Both the position numbers and the translations under genes were made by a program. A DNA stretch of 64,000 nt from positions 1 to 64,000 of the forward strand of contig CAVTDB010000003.1 in the NCBI GenBank assembly GCA_963733375.1, in the 5' to 3' direction. Positions 10,584 through 20,441 of this stretch are shown piece after piece. The notes below the pieces were generated by a model. The model did not search any database. It was not told the DNA's origin and worked only from the letters and a program-made list of their open reading frames with translations. How positions within the stretch are numbered: position 1 is the stretch's first letter; each line of letters begins with the position of its first letter. Source of the DNA: Nitrospirota bacterium. Its GTDB lineage: Bacteria; Nitrospirota; JACRHJ01.

Positions 10584-13500
10584 TCAGATTTCCTCCCACT
10601 TTTTCCTCTGGAATATGAAATACAGGACGGGTATCACGACCAGCGTCAGCGCGGTGGACGCCGCCATGCCGAATATCAGGGCCCATGCAAGCCCGCTCCA
10701 TACCGGGTCGGAAGCGATTACCGACGCGCCCAGTATCGCGGCCAGGGCAGTCAGGACTATGGGCCTCGTGCGTATCGCGCCCGCCTCTATCAGCGCCCGT
10801 TCAATTCGCATGCCCTCGTTTTTCTTGTCCTGGATAAACTCGATCAATATGATGGAGTTCCTTACGACTATGCCCGCGAGCGCTATGATGCCTATCATGG
10901 AGGTGGCCGAGAAATAAACCCCGGCAAGGGCAAACCCGGGCATTATGCCGATCATGGCAAGCGGTATGGGGCCCATTATGATGAGCGGCACGATGAACGA
11001 CCTGAACTTTCCGACGAGCAGAAGGTATATCAGGATGAGCGCCACGGCCATGGCGGCGCCCAGGTCCCGGAACACGTCGCGGGTAAGCTTCATCTCCCCG
11101 TCCCAGTTCAGGCTGTACCCCTGGGGCAAGGGATTTTTGCGCAGCGTTTTCATCATGTCGAGCACGGCGTAAAGCGGGGGCCTCGCCGCCATTTCGCCGT
11201 AGACGTACACCACCTTCCTCATGTCCTTGTGGTATATCGGCTTGTCCTCCTGCCCGGGCACGATGCGGGCAAGCTCCGTGAGCGGCACTTGCCTTCCGTC
11301 CCTGCCCGTCACGTACGCCTGGGCCAGGTCGTACGGCATCGCCCTCATCTTGCGCGGGAAGCGCAGGAATATGTCCACGGGGTTCTTCTCACCCGGCGCG
11401 TGCAGGGTCGTTACCGAAACACCCTCCACGGCAATCTTCATCGCGCCGATTACGTCTTCCGTCGAAATCCCGTTCTCCGCCGCCTTGGTTTTGTCCACCA
11501 GGATATGGTACATCGTGGAGTCTTCCTGCCGGCTGTCGTCTATGTCCGTCACGCCGTCCGTCCCCCGGAAAAGCCCCCGCACCCGGCCGGCAAGTCCGCG
11601 AAGCGTGTCATAATCCGGTCCGTATATCTCGGCTAGAACCGTCGCGCGCACGGGCGGCCCCGGCGGGTCTTCGACTATTTTGATGTTCGCGCCGTATCTC
11701 TTTGCCAACGCCGCCGATATCCGGCCTTATCTCAAGCACAAGCTTCTCGCTCGATATGGAGCGCTTGGATTTATCGACAAGGTTTACCCTTACGTCCGCG
11801 TACTGGGGGGCGTCCCGGAAACTGCTTCCCCGGAGAAGCCCGTTAAAGTCGACGACGGAGTGGACTCCCACGAAGGCTTCGTAGTCGCTCACTTCCGGTA
11901 TGCCGGACAGATATTCCCCCACGGCTCTCGCCACGCGGTCCGTCTCTTCCAGGGCGGTCCCTTTGGGCATGTCCACGGTAATCAGGAACGTGTTCTTGTT
12001 CGCCTTCGGCAGCATCCGGAACTGGACCCACTCAAGGAGCGGGAACGTCATAACCGCCGCGAACAGCAGGACGATGACAGCCATGAAGAGGCGTCTTTTC
12101 GATTTGCTTTCAAGGAGCGGTCCGAGTACTTTCTTGTACAGTTTGAATATCCAGGTATCCTCTAACTTCCCCTCCCCGGCGTGCCTTACCTGCACCAGCC
12201 TGAAAGCCGCCCAGGGCGTGACGATAAACGCGACCATCAGCGACGCCAGCATCGCGACCGGGACGTTGAACGGTATCGGGGCCATGTACGGTCCCATCAT
12301 GCCCGTGACAAAGAACATCGGCAGGAAGGCGAGTATGACGGTCAGCGTCGCGAGCACCGTCGGGCTGCCGATCTCGTTAACCGCCGTTATGGCGGCCTGG
12401 AGGCGCGGCATCTTCTGGGCCTGGTAATGCCTGTGTATATTTTCCACCACGACGATTGCGTCGTCCACAAGGAGCCCCAGGGACAGGGTGAGCGCGAAGA
12501 GCGTGATGCGGTTTATCGTCTGCCCCGCGAGCATCCCCGCCCCGAGAGTCACGAAAAGCGTGAGGGGTATCGCAAGCGCCACTATTAAAGCGTCCCGCCA
12601 TCCGAGCGCGACGAGCAGGAGCAGGACGACAATCGTAATACTGAGTATCAGGTGCTCGACGAGTTCGTTCACGGCGCGGTTGGCCGCTTCGCCGTCGTTT
12701 CGCGTGACTGTCGCCGTTATGCCCGGCGGGAGAGAGCCTTTCAGCTCGTCCAACTTCCTCAGTATGTTTTCCGAGACCTTGACCGCGTTCTCGCCCTTTT
12801 TCTTGGCTACCGCAATCGTAACCGCGGAATGTTCGGATTTATCCGGCGCGGCGCTCCCCCGGCCAAAAGCGATCCGCGTAAATTGAGTCGTATCCTGGAC
12901 CCCGTCCTCGACCTCCGCCACGTCTCTTAAGTAAACGAGCCTGCCCCCGGAGCTTCCCACGACCAGGCCCTTCACGTCCGACGCTGAGCCTAAGTACCCT
13001 CCGGTCTCGATAGAAAATTTTTTGCCCGCGGTCTCAAAGCTGCCCGTCTTCAAGTTCGCGTTCGCCGAAGTCAACGCCCCCTGCACCTGCAGGGGCGATA
13101 CGCTATATGCCGCGAGCCGTACCGGGTCGAGCGTTACCATCACCTGCCTGTTCCGTCCGCCCACTACATAAGACGTCGAAGTGCCCGGCACCTTCTGCAG
13201 CTCTTCGAGCACGTTGTCCGCCACGCGCTTCAGCTGGTAGTCGTCGTATCCGCCGCCGGAGAGGGTAATCGCCACTACCGGCACGTCGTCCACCTCTATC
13301 GGCTTGAAGAGCGGGGGGATTACCGCGCCGGGCGGCGCGTAATCCAAATTGGACATCACCTTGTTGTAAAGGTTCAGAAGGCTCTTCTCGCGGTCCTGCC
13401 CGACGTAGAACTTCACGGTAACGACCGCCATCCCGTTCGTCGAGACGGAATATACGTCCTCGACGCCCTTTATCTCGCGCATCAGCCGTTCCAGGGGCCT

Positions 13501-13707
13501 TGCGACAAGCTCCTCCACTTCCTTCGCGCTTCCGCCCGGGTACATGACGTAGATGTTCGCCGCCGGGACGACTATCTGCGGGTTCTCCTCCCTCGGCGTG
13601 TAAAAAAGCGCAAACACCCCAAGCGCCGCCACCGCCACCATCAAAAGCACGGTGAGCTGGGAGTTGATGAAATACTCGGTTATCCTGCCCGCTAAGTTCA
13701 ACTTCAA
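10584..13707 (-). CDS. RND efflux permease, AcrB/AcrD/AcrF family (frameshift near 11700)
   Basis: [43 protein letters not shown]. Confidence 0.92.
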
Positions 13708-13711
13708 TGCG

Positions 13712-13822
13712 AAAACCTCCGTTACTTTCTTTTGGAAAAAAGAAAGTAACCAAAGAAAACCGTACTTAAAGTCCCGCTTTCTTTTGGTTACTTTTCTTTC
13801 CCGTGAAAGAAAAGAACGATTT
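13712..13822. repeat. Double-hairpin intergenic repeat, copy B
   Basis: GTTACTTTCTTTT-GGAA-AAAAGAAAGTAAC (13721-13750) and GTTACTTTTCTTTC-CCGT-GAAAGAAAAG-AAC (13787-13817). Confidence 0.85.
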
Positions 13823-14959
13823 TTTCATTTTACCCGCATTCCCGGCGCGCAGATTATTCAAATCGCCGACCGCTACCTTCTCGCCGCCTGATAGTCCGGA
13901 GAGCACTTCCATTTCGCCGTCCGTCTGCGCGCCCAGCCGTACCGCCTGGAACCGGAGTGTCGATTCCGGCGTCACGACGTAAACGCCCTGCATCCCCTCC
14001 TTGTCCACCAGCGCGGCGCCGGGCAGCAGTACTGCACTTCTTTTCCCGGTGGGTAGCCATGCCCTTCCGAACATGCCCGGCTTTACGCCCGCGGTCTGCG
14101 GGATATCGATTTTCACGGTGAAGGAGCGCGTGGACGGGTCTGCCGTCGGGAGTATCTCGGCGACTCTGCCTTCCAGTTCCCTGCCGCCAAGCGCATCGAC
14201 GGTAATTTTTACGGTGTCGCCCTTCTTAATCTTTGCGACCCCGTTTTCCTGTACGGTGCATGAAAGTCTTAACCGCGAGTTATCGACTATCTTCAGAAGC
14301 GGTCTGCCCGGCGACGCCATCTCGCCCGTGTTCGCCATCTTCGCGGATACGGCCCCGTCCAATGGGGAGCGCAGTATTGCATAGCCCATCATCACGTCCG
14401 TTTCCTTGATTGCGGCGTCGGCCTGGGCAATCTTGGCCTCCGTCTGCCCGCGCATGGCCGCGGCCTGCGCCGTCTTCGCCTCCGCCATCTTTAGCTGGGT
14501 GGACATGTCGTCCAGTTCCTTCTTCGTGACCGCCTGCTCTTTATAGAGGTTGTCCATGCGTCCGTAATTTATCCGGGTATTCTCAAGCGCGGCCTTCGCC
14601 CCGCTCATCGCCGCATCCGCCTCCCTGAGCGCCGCCTGGCCCTCCGCCCTGGACTGGAACGCTTCCTGCCTCTTAGCGGCTATATCCGCCGCGTCTATGG
14701 TGACGAGTACTTCTCCCCGCCTGACCGGGCTGCCTTCATCGACCCGAAAGGCCGTTATCTGGCCCATTATCTTGGATGAAAGCACCGCCTCACTCTTCGC
14801 CTCAACCGTCCCGACCGCCTGGAGCGTGTCCGTTATTTCCCTGGACTGCACGAATGCCGTGCGGACCTGGACAGCCGGCTGTATGGGCGCCTTGGGCGGC
14901 TCTTTTGAACATCCTGAGAAGATAAAAATCAACGGCAGGAGAAGTAAAAATTTTTTCAT
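13766..14959 (-). CDS. RND efflux periplasmic adaptor (MFP); the true stop is probably near 13825
   Basis: Lipoprotein signal FSGC; lipoyl/hairpin pattern; ADPSTRSF and PGMFGR. Confidence 0.9.
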   Translation of the reverse strand: MKKFLLLLPLIFIFSGCSKEPPKAPIQPAVQVRTAFVQSREITDTLQAVGTVEAKSEAVLSSKIMGQITAFRVDEGSPVRRGEVLVTIDAADIAAKRQEAFQSRAEGQAALREADAAMSGAKAALENTRINYGRMDNLYKEQAVTKKELDDMSTQLKMAEAKTAQAAAMRGQTEAKIAQADAAIKETDVMMGYAILRSPLDGAVSAKMANTGEMASPGRPLLKIVDNSRLRLSCTVQENGVAKIKKGDTVKITVDALGGRELEGRVAEILPTADPSTRSFTVKIDIPQTAGVKPGMFGRAWLPTGKRSAVLLPGAALVDKEGMQGVYVVTPESTLRFQAVRLGAQTDGEMEVLSGLSGGEKVAVGDLNNLRAGNAGKMKKSFFSFTGKKSNQKKAGL

Positions 14960-14974
14960 TTAAATGCACCCCTT

Positions 14975-15082
14975 AAAGTCTGCTACCTTTTTGGAAAAAG
15001 GTAGCGCCAAAAACTTTTGGGCTGTTACCCCCGGCTTTCTTTTGGGTACCTTTTCTTTCACCTGAAAGAAAAGGTACGGTCT
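14975..15082. repeat. Double-hairpin intergenic repeat, copy C
   Basis: GCTACCTTTTT-GG-AAAAAGGTAGC (14982-15005) and GTACCTTTTCTTTCA-CC-TGAAAGAAAAGGTAC (15046-15077). Confidence 0.85.
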
Positions 15083-16425
15083 TAGTATTTCCTGCCTATG
15101 GCAAGTCTCAGCGCCGCGGCCGCAACGTTATAATCATAAAGTGCCTGAGCGTCGTTCGTGCGAGCGCGTGTCAGGGCGGTTTCGGCGTCGATAACGTCCA
15201 GGGTCTTCGCCATACCGGCCCCAAAGCGCTTCCTGATTATCCTTAGGCCCTCTTCGCCCTCTTTCACCGACGCGGATGATACCGCCATACGCTGCCTCGC
15301 CTCTTCAAGGTCGTTATAGGCCTTGCGCACCTCGAAAAGCACGCCCTCGCGCATCCCGTCATACATATAGGCGGTGGCGTTTCTTTCGGCCCTTGCTTCC
15401 CGTACCTTGTTCGTGGTTAAAAAACCGTCGAACACATTCCAGGTTATTCGGCCCATTAAAGTATAGGAGTCCCCGCCCCGGCCGAACGCATCCTGGCTGT
15501 CCCTGTCGTACTGGCCTGTCAGGTTCAGGTCCGGCAGGTAGTCCGTCTTCGCCAGGCGGACGCCTTCGTCCATGTTCCGCACATCCATGGACATGCCCTC
15601 CAGGTCCGGCCTTTGCTTGAGCGCTTCGGCCTGGAGGTCGGCAAGGCTGCCCGGAAATGCGCGGTATTCGAGTCCGTCGATGATCTCAAACGGCGTGTCC
15701 TGGGGCCGTCCGAGTATCCTGTTAAGCGCGGCCTTCGCCGTCGCCTCGCTGTTTTTCGCCTTGATCAGCATCTGCTGTATTTCCGCCAGGTGTACCTTCG
15801 CCAGGAGCACTTCGGAGCCTATCAGCATCCCCTGGCCGGACAGCGACTGCGCGAGCTTCAGGTGCTCCCCGGTGGCCTTTTCCGCCATTTCCGACACCTT
15901 GACATATTCCGCTGCGAGCGCCACTCCCCAGTAGCCCTGCGCAGTTTCATACACCGTCTCCATGCGCGCCCGCTCGTGCGTCATTTTCGCGGACTCGAAA
16001 GAGAGTTTGGCGCGTTTTAAGCCCAGGTACTCCTTTCCGCCATTGAAAAGCGGCTGGATGACCTGCACCCTGAAATTGAAATCGTTCAACGGGTCGGGGT
16101 TGTTGAGGCTGTTTATGGCGAAATCGGACTGCTGAAAGCTCCGCTGATTTAACTTCGAACCGAACACCGTGACGGGGTTGTCGGAGCGGACGAAGGTCTC
16201 GGATATATTCGCCTTGGGCAGGAAGGCCGACGCGGCCTCGCCGACGCCCGCCTCGGATGCCTTCAGCTTCTCGCCTTCCGAGAGGAGCGACAGGTTGTTT
16301 TTCAGGGCGGCATCTATGGCCTCGCTCAGTTTAAGCCCGGAAGGAATATTTTCCGCGCGCGTGGCTGGCGGCGCGGCAAAAATTATCAGAAGCGTCAGGG
16401 ATGCGAGTATCGAGATAATCTTCAT
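15082..16425 (-). CDS. TolC family outer membrane efflux protein
   Basis: Signal peptide, LSEAIDAALKNN, QPLFNGG, two OEP-like halves. Confidence 0.88.
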   Translation of the reverse strand: MKIISILASLTLLIIFAAPPATRAENIPSGLKLSEAIDAALKNNLSLLSEGEKLKASEAGVGEAASAFLPKANISETFVRSDNPVTVFGSKLNQRSFQQSDFAINSLNNPDPLNDFNFRVQVIQPLFNGGKEYLGLKRAKLSFESAKMTHERARMETVYETAQGYWGVALAAEYVKVSEMAEKATGEHLKLAQSLSGQGMLIGSEVLLAKVHLAEIQQMLIKAKNSEATAKAALNRILGRPQDTPFEIIDGLEYRAFPGSLADLQAEALKQRPDLEGMSMDVRNMDEGVRLAKTDYLPDLNLTGQYDRDSQDAFGRGGDSYTLMGRITWNVFDGFLTTNKVREARAERNATAYMYDGMREGVLFEVRKAYNDLEEARQRMAVSSASVKEGEEGLRIIRKRFGAGMAKTLDVIDAETALTRARTNDAQALYDYNVAAAALRLAIGRKY

Positions 16426-16428
16426 TTT

Positions 16429-17019
16429 TTAGACCTTCAATATCGTGCAGAAGTTCAGCCAAAGACGCTTGCCCTCGTCCGAGAGCGAGAATGAAAGGCC
16501 GCTTAGAGACCATCTCATGGCGGCGAACTGGATCATCCCGAGATAGGTCCTGGCCGTCTCCTTGATTTTCACTTCAGGCCTGATGCTCCCATCCTTCCTG
16601 CCTTCGGCGAGGACATTTTCTATCGTGGATATATATTCGCCCATGCACGTTACAAGCTTGTCCCTCAAGGCCGGGTATTTAACGTGCATCTCCTCGGAGA
16701 ACAGCAGTCTCGGTATCCCGCTTCTCTGCTCCACCTGGGCTACGTGGCTGGCCATTATTCTTTTCAGCTTCTCCCTTGGAGAAACCTTCTGCCCGGCCAG
16801 TTCGAGCGCCCTGTCGGTTATCACGGCCCCGATCTCGTCGATTATTGCTGAAAGTATAGCTTCCTTATCCTGAAAATGCCTGTAAAGCGCGGGTTCCGAC
16901 GTCCCAAGCCTCTCGGCCAGTTTCGCCGTCGTCAGGCCGCTTACTCCCAGCTCGCCTATTATGGCGATGGCCGTATTTACTATTTCCGCCTGTCTGACTT
17001 TTGTATTTTTTCTTTTCAT
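16429..17019 (-). CDS. TetR/AcrR family transcriptional regulator
   Basis: LTTAKLAERLGTSEPALYRHF helix-turn-helix. Confidence 0.92.
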   Translation of the reverse strand: MKRKNTKVRQAEIVNTAIAIIGELGVSGLTTAKLAERLGTSEPALYRHFQDKEAILSAIIDEIGAVITDRALELAGQKVSPREKLKRIMASHVAQVEQRSGIPRLLFSEEMHVKYPALRDKLVTCMGEYISTIENVLAEGRKDGSIRPEVKIKETARTYLGMIQFAAMRWSLSGLSFSLSDEGKRLWLNFCTILKV

Positions 17020-17029
17020 GCAACCCTCT

Positions 17030-17097
17030 TGTTAGTAATTACTAACATAACATCACTGCCCTGTCAAGTCCTTTTTGTTAGTGCTTGCTAACAAAAA
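17030..17097. promoter_or_regulatory. Two TGTTAG-N6-CTAACA palindromes (probable TetR operators) flanking a minus-strand TTGACA
   Basis: Perfect palindrome tgttagtaattactaaca (17030-17047); tgttagtgcttgctaaca (17076-17093); tgtcaa at 17062-17067. Confidence 0.75.
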
Positions 17098-17220
17098 TAC
17101 GCCGGCGGGTTGTTCGGCCCGGCGATCAGGGTTCGCAGGGTTCGCAGGGTTCACTGGGTTAACCGTCTCTTCGGCGCACCCGAGCGGGTGTCGCCGGGTT
17201 CGCCCTTTTCGTTTCCATCC
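17093..17220 (-). ncRNA. Candidate sRNA with repeated AACCC motifs
   Basis: Minus-strand TTGGCG-N17-TATTAA promoter-like motif (17254-17226), six AACCC motifs, terminal GC hairpin plus T-rich tail. Confidence 0.35.
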
Positions 17221-17606
17221 CGCTCTTAATACCTTTTCCTGATTCGCGCGCCAAGCCAGCACCAATTAGCGGCTAATAATATATAAGTCGATTTATGGAC
17301 GGATTTTAGCGGGTATCGAAAACAGGCCGTTTTACCCCGTACAGGGGCGGCTTTTTGGACAAAAAGAGGGGGTCACGAGACGCATGTTTTTTAAACGGGA
17401 TTTAAGGCTGTTTTCTTTTGTTTTACGGGAGGTTACGCCGCAAAATTTAGAATTTTCCGAATGCCGGGAATTCTCATTTCGCTTCTCGTAAGTATTTGAA
17501 AACCAAGGAATTGCAAATCGAATTGCAGGCGGATTTCACTGCTTCGCATTTATTAATAAAGAGCTTTTTATTTGACCGGCAGAAATGCTCCTTCGGACCG
17601 TTGTCT

Positions 17607-18635
17607 TCAGGAAAGCTCCGCCAGGTCGCGGACTAACCGCTCGGAGTCGTCCCAGCCGAGGCAGGGGTCGGTGATCGATTTTCCATGAATGTTTTCCCCG
17701 ACCTTCTGCGAGCCTTCGACAAGATAGCTCTCGATCATCAGGCCCTTGACCTTGCTCCGGAGCGTCTTCGAACCCGCGCGGCTTAGCATCACCTCTTTGG
17801 CTATCCTCGGCTGATCGTGGAACATTTTGTTCGAGTTGGCGTGGTTCGTATCCACAATTATCGACGGGAAGAGCAGGTTCCGCTTCTTGTAAATCTCCGA
17901 GAGCCGCATGAGGTTCTCGTAGTGGTAGTTCGGTATGTTGGTGCCATGCTGGTCGACCGCGCCCCGAAGGATGCAATGGGTGAGCGGGTTGCCGGTGGTC
18001 TTTACCTCCCAGCCGTTATAGATCAGGACGTGCGGGAGCTGGGCCGCGTTTACCGAGTTCAGCATGACTTCAAGGTCGCCGTTAGTGGGGTTCTTCATCC
18101 CCGCCGGGACGTCGATGCCGCTTACCGTCAGGCGGTGGAGCTGGTTTTCTACGGAGCGCGCGCCTACCGCGACATAACCTAAAATGTCCTCTATATAGGC
18201 ATAATTTTCAGGGTACAGCATCTCGTCGGCGGCGGTCAGATGCGTTTCCTTCATCGCGCGGATATGCATTTTCCTGATTGCTTTCAGGCCCTTAACCATG
18301 TTCGGCGCCTCGGTGGGCGTCGGCTGATGGGCCATGCCCTTATAGCCCTCTCCTGTGGTGCGGGGCTTGTTCGTATATATCCTGGGGATGAGTACCAGCT
18401 TATCTTTCACCTCGTCCTGCAGGCGTGCCAGCTTCGCAACGTACTCTATCAGCGCTTCCTCGTTATCGGCGGAACACGGGCCGATTATGACAAGGAATTT
18501 ATCGCTTTCGCCCTTGATGACCGAAGTGATTTCGCGGTCGCGCGCCGCCTTGACCTCCGCCAGCTTTTCAGGCAGCGGCATTGTTTTTAATATTTCCTCG
18601 ACCGACGGCATTTTTCTGAGATACTGAAAACTCAT
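17607..18635 (-). CDS. aroG: 3-deoxy-7-phosphoheptulonate (DAHP) synthase, class I-alpha
   Basis: IGPCS, KPRT, GARS, GMKN and GKSITDPCLGW motifs; feedback isoform not determinable. Confidence 0.92.
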   Translation of the reverse strand: MSFQYLRKMPSVEEILKTMPLPEKLAEVKAARDREITSVIKGESDKFLVIIGPCSADNEEALIEYVAKLARLQDEVKDKLVLIPRIYTNKPRTTGEGYKGMAHQPTPTEAPNMVKGLKAIRKMHIRAMKETHLTAADEMLYPENYAYIEDILGYVAVGARSVENQLHRLTVSGIDVPAGMKNPTNGDLEVMLNSVNAAQLPHVLIYNGWEVKTTGNPLTHCILRGAVDQHGTNIPNYHYENLMRLSEIYKKRNLLFPSIIVDTNHANSNKMFHDQPRIAKEVMLSRAGSKTLRSKVKGLMIESYLVEGSQKVGENIHGKSITDPCLGWDDSERLVRDLAELS

Positions 18636-19148
18636 TGATTACCTCATTATTAAATAATAGCCTGAAAACGAAAAGGTAACAGCGCTTGAAGTATCATATA
18701 TTCTTAGGTTTTTAAGGTCAATAACATTTTATTGGACGCTCCCGGCATAGCCGCCGCATGCGAATTGATTTTTTCGTATAAAAAGTTGTTGATTTATGGC
18801 TGCCGTGACAGGAAAATTGGACTGACGCGAAAAAATAAACGTTTAATTTACCGGTAGTTGCAGGGTTCACACCGTGATTTTCCGTACCGCCGAAATCGCC
18901 TGATTTACGGGTGTAAGCCTTTATAAAATAAGGTATAATATGCGTTAGGCCCGCCAAAAAACCATGTCTCCAAAACCCCTCCCGGACCCCCAAAAAACGC
19001 CTCAAATGCCGTGCGGACGTCATGAAATTGATACCGCATGAAATTTATTGATTTTTCCATTTATATATAAATAAATGTGAACCGATGACGGCTTGGCCGA
19101 TTAAAGGAAGAGCTATTAAGAGCGCTGGGTCTTACGGGTTTATGTGAT

Positions 19149-19197
19149 AGAAAAGGCGGCCGGCCTGGAGGGGCATCTCAGGCAGACTGCCTTTTCT
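19149..19197. terminator. Bidirectional intrinsic terminator
   Basis: AGAAAAGGCGG...CTGCCTTTTCT inverted repeat. Confidence 0.6.
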
Positions 19198-19232
19198 ATC
19201 TTATCTATTTTGCGTTGCGCTCTAAGAGCCTA

Positions 19233-19598
19233 TCAGAGTTTTTCGCCACGGGATTTCTCTACCTTCGTCACCTTTTTTGCATAGCAATTTGCGCCCTTCG
19301 TCATGCAGGTCACCTCGACCTTGTCCCCGGCCTTGATTTTTTTGGTTTGTATCTCTTTTATCTTGAAGGTCGTGTCTTTGCCGTCCTCGCCGGTCAACAC
19401 CATCTCGCCCTTTTTGTGGTCTATTGACTTAAGCGTGCCGGTGACCTTATGAATGCCCTCGAGCCCGCAATTTTTCTTGGCGGCACAGGGGTTGTTAGGG
19501 GTAACGGGCGCTGGCTTCACGGTTTCGGCGGCAAAGGCGCCTCCGGTAAATACGACAAACGTCAGGACGGACAGGATGGCAACCAGATATTTCCTCAT
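19233..19598 (-). CDS. Small secreted OB-fold-like protein with an NPCAAK motif and 4 Cys
   Basis: AAGGAGG RBS, signal peptide ending AFA, VTGTLKSIDH...IKAGDKVEV beta-barrel pattern. Confidence 0.65.
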   Translation of the reverse strand: MRKYLVAILSVLTFVVFTGGAFAAETVKPAPVTPNNPCAAKKNCGLEGIHKVTGTLKSIDHKKGEMVLTGEDGKDTTFKIKEIQTKKIKAGDKVEVTCMTKGANCYAKKVTKVEKSRGEKL

Positions 19599-19928
19599 AC
19601 AAACCTCCTTGTTATCGAGTTGTATATAGTGCCCCACCTTGCGCTTTGACTTCAATTATAGCATGGTTAACAAGAACCGACCTCCGGGGTTGTTGTAATC
19701 GCGGGTTTCGGGCGCGGCGTATCGCTAATTTCCCCTGATTTTCCCGCCTGGATTTAAAACATCTTAAGCCTGCTGAACCAAAATGCTCCATGCTCAAAAA
19801 ACCGCGTCACGACAAAAGGATATTTGCGTGATATATTATGAAAATTCCTTATAAAACCAGTACGGCACCGCCGTTTTATAGATCATGCCCTGTAATTAAC
19901 GATTGAAGATAACGGACGGAGACTTGCC

Positions 19929-20384
19929 ATGCTAAAAGAATTTAAGGAATTTGCTATTAAGGGAAATATGGTTGATATGGCCGTCGGCATCGTTATCGGC
20001 GCGGCCTTTGGCACCATAATCAGTTCACTCGTGGCGGATATCATCATGCCGCCTATCGGGCTTCTCCTGGGAAATGTCGATTTCGGCAACCTCTTTATCC
20101 TGCTGAAGGAAGGCAGGCTTCCCGGCCCGTATAGTTCACTCGCCGTTGCCAAAGCCGCCGGTGCGGTGACTCTCAACATCGGCGTTTTTATCAACACGAT
20201 AATCAGCTTTCTGATTATCGGGTTCTCGGTTTTCTTCGTTGTCCGTTTCATAAATAAGCATAGACAACAGGAAGCCCCGCCGCCTGTTGCCGAAACAAAA
20301 GAATGCCCTCATTGTCTATCCGTCATTCCGCTTAAGGCAACTCGTTGCGCCCATTGTACGGCGGAGTTGAAGGCAGGGGCTTAA
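19929..20384 (+). CDS. mscL: Large-conductance mechanosensitive channel with C-terminal zinc ribbon
   Basis: EFKEFAIKGNMVDMAVGIVIGAAF; CPHC...CAHC tail. Confidence 0.95.
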   Translation: MLKEFKEFAIKGNMVDMAVGIVIGAAFGTIISSLVADIIMPPIGLLLGNVDFGNLFILLKEGRLPGPYSSLAVAKAAGAVTLNIGVFINTIISFLIIGFSVFFVVRFINKHRQQEAPPPVAETKECPHCLSVIPLKATRCAHCTAELKAGA

Positions 20385-20441
20385 GTAAAGCTTGTTCAAT
20401 AACGCAGGATAAACCGTTAGATACCAAAAAAAGGGGGTATC

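Noticed and set aside
17236-17266. Sigma54 promoter (GG-N10-GC on the minus strand)
   Set aside because: Poor match to TGGCAC/TTGC, and the GG is not conserved in the sister motif at 19085-19098
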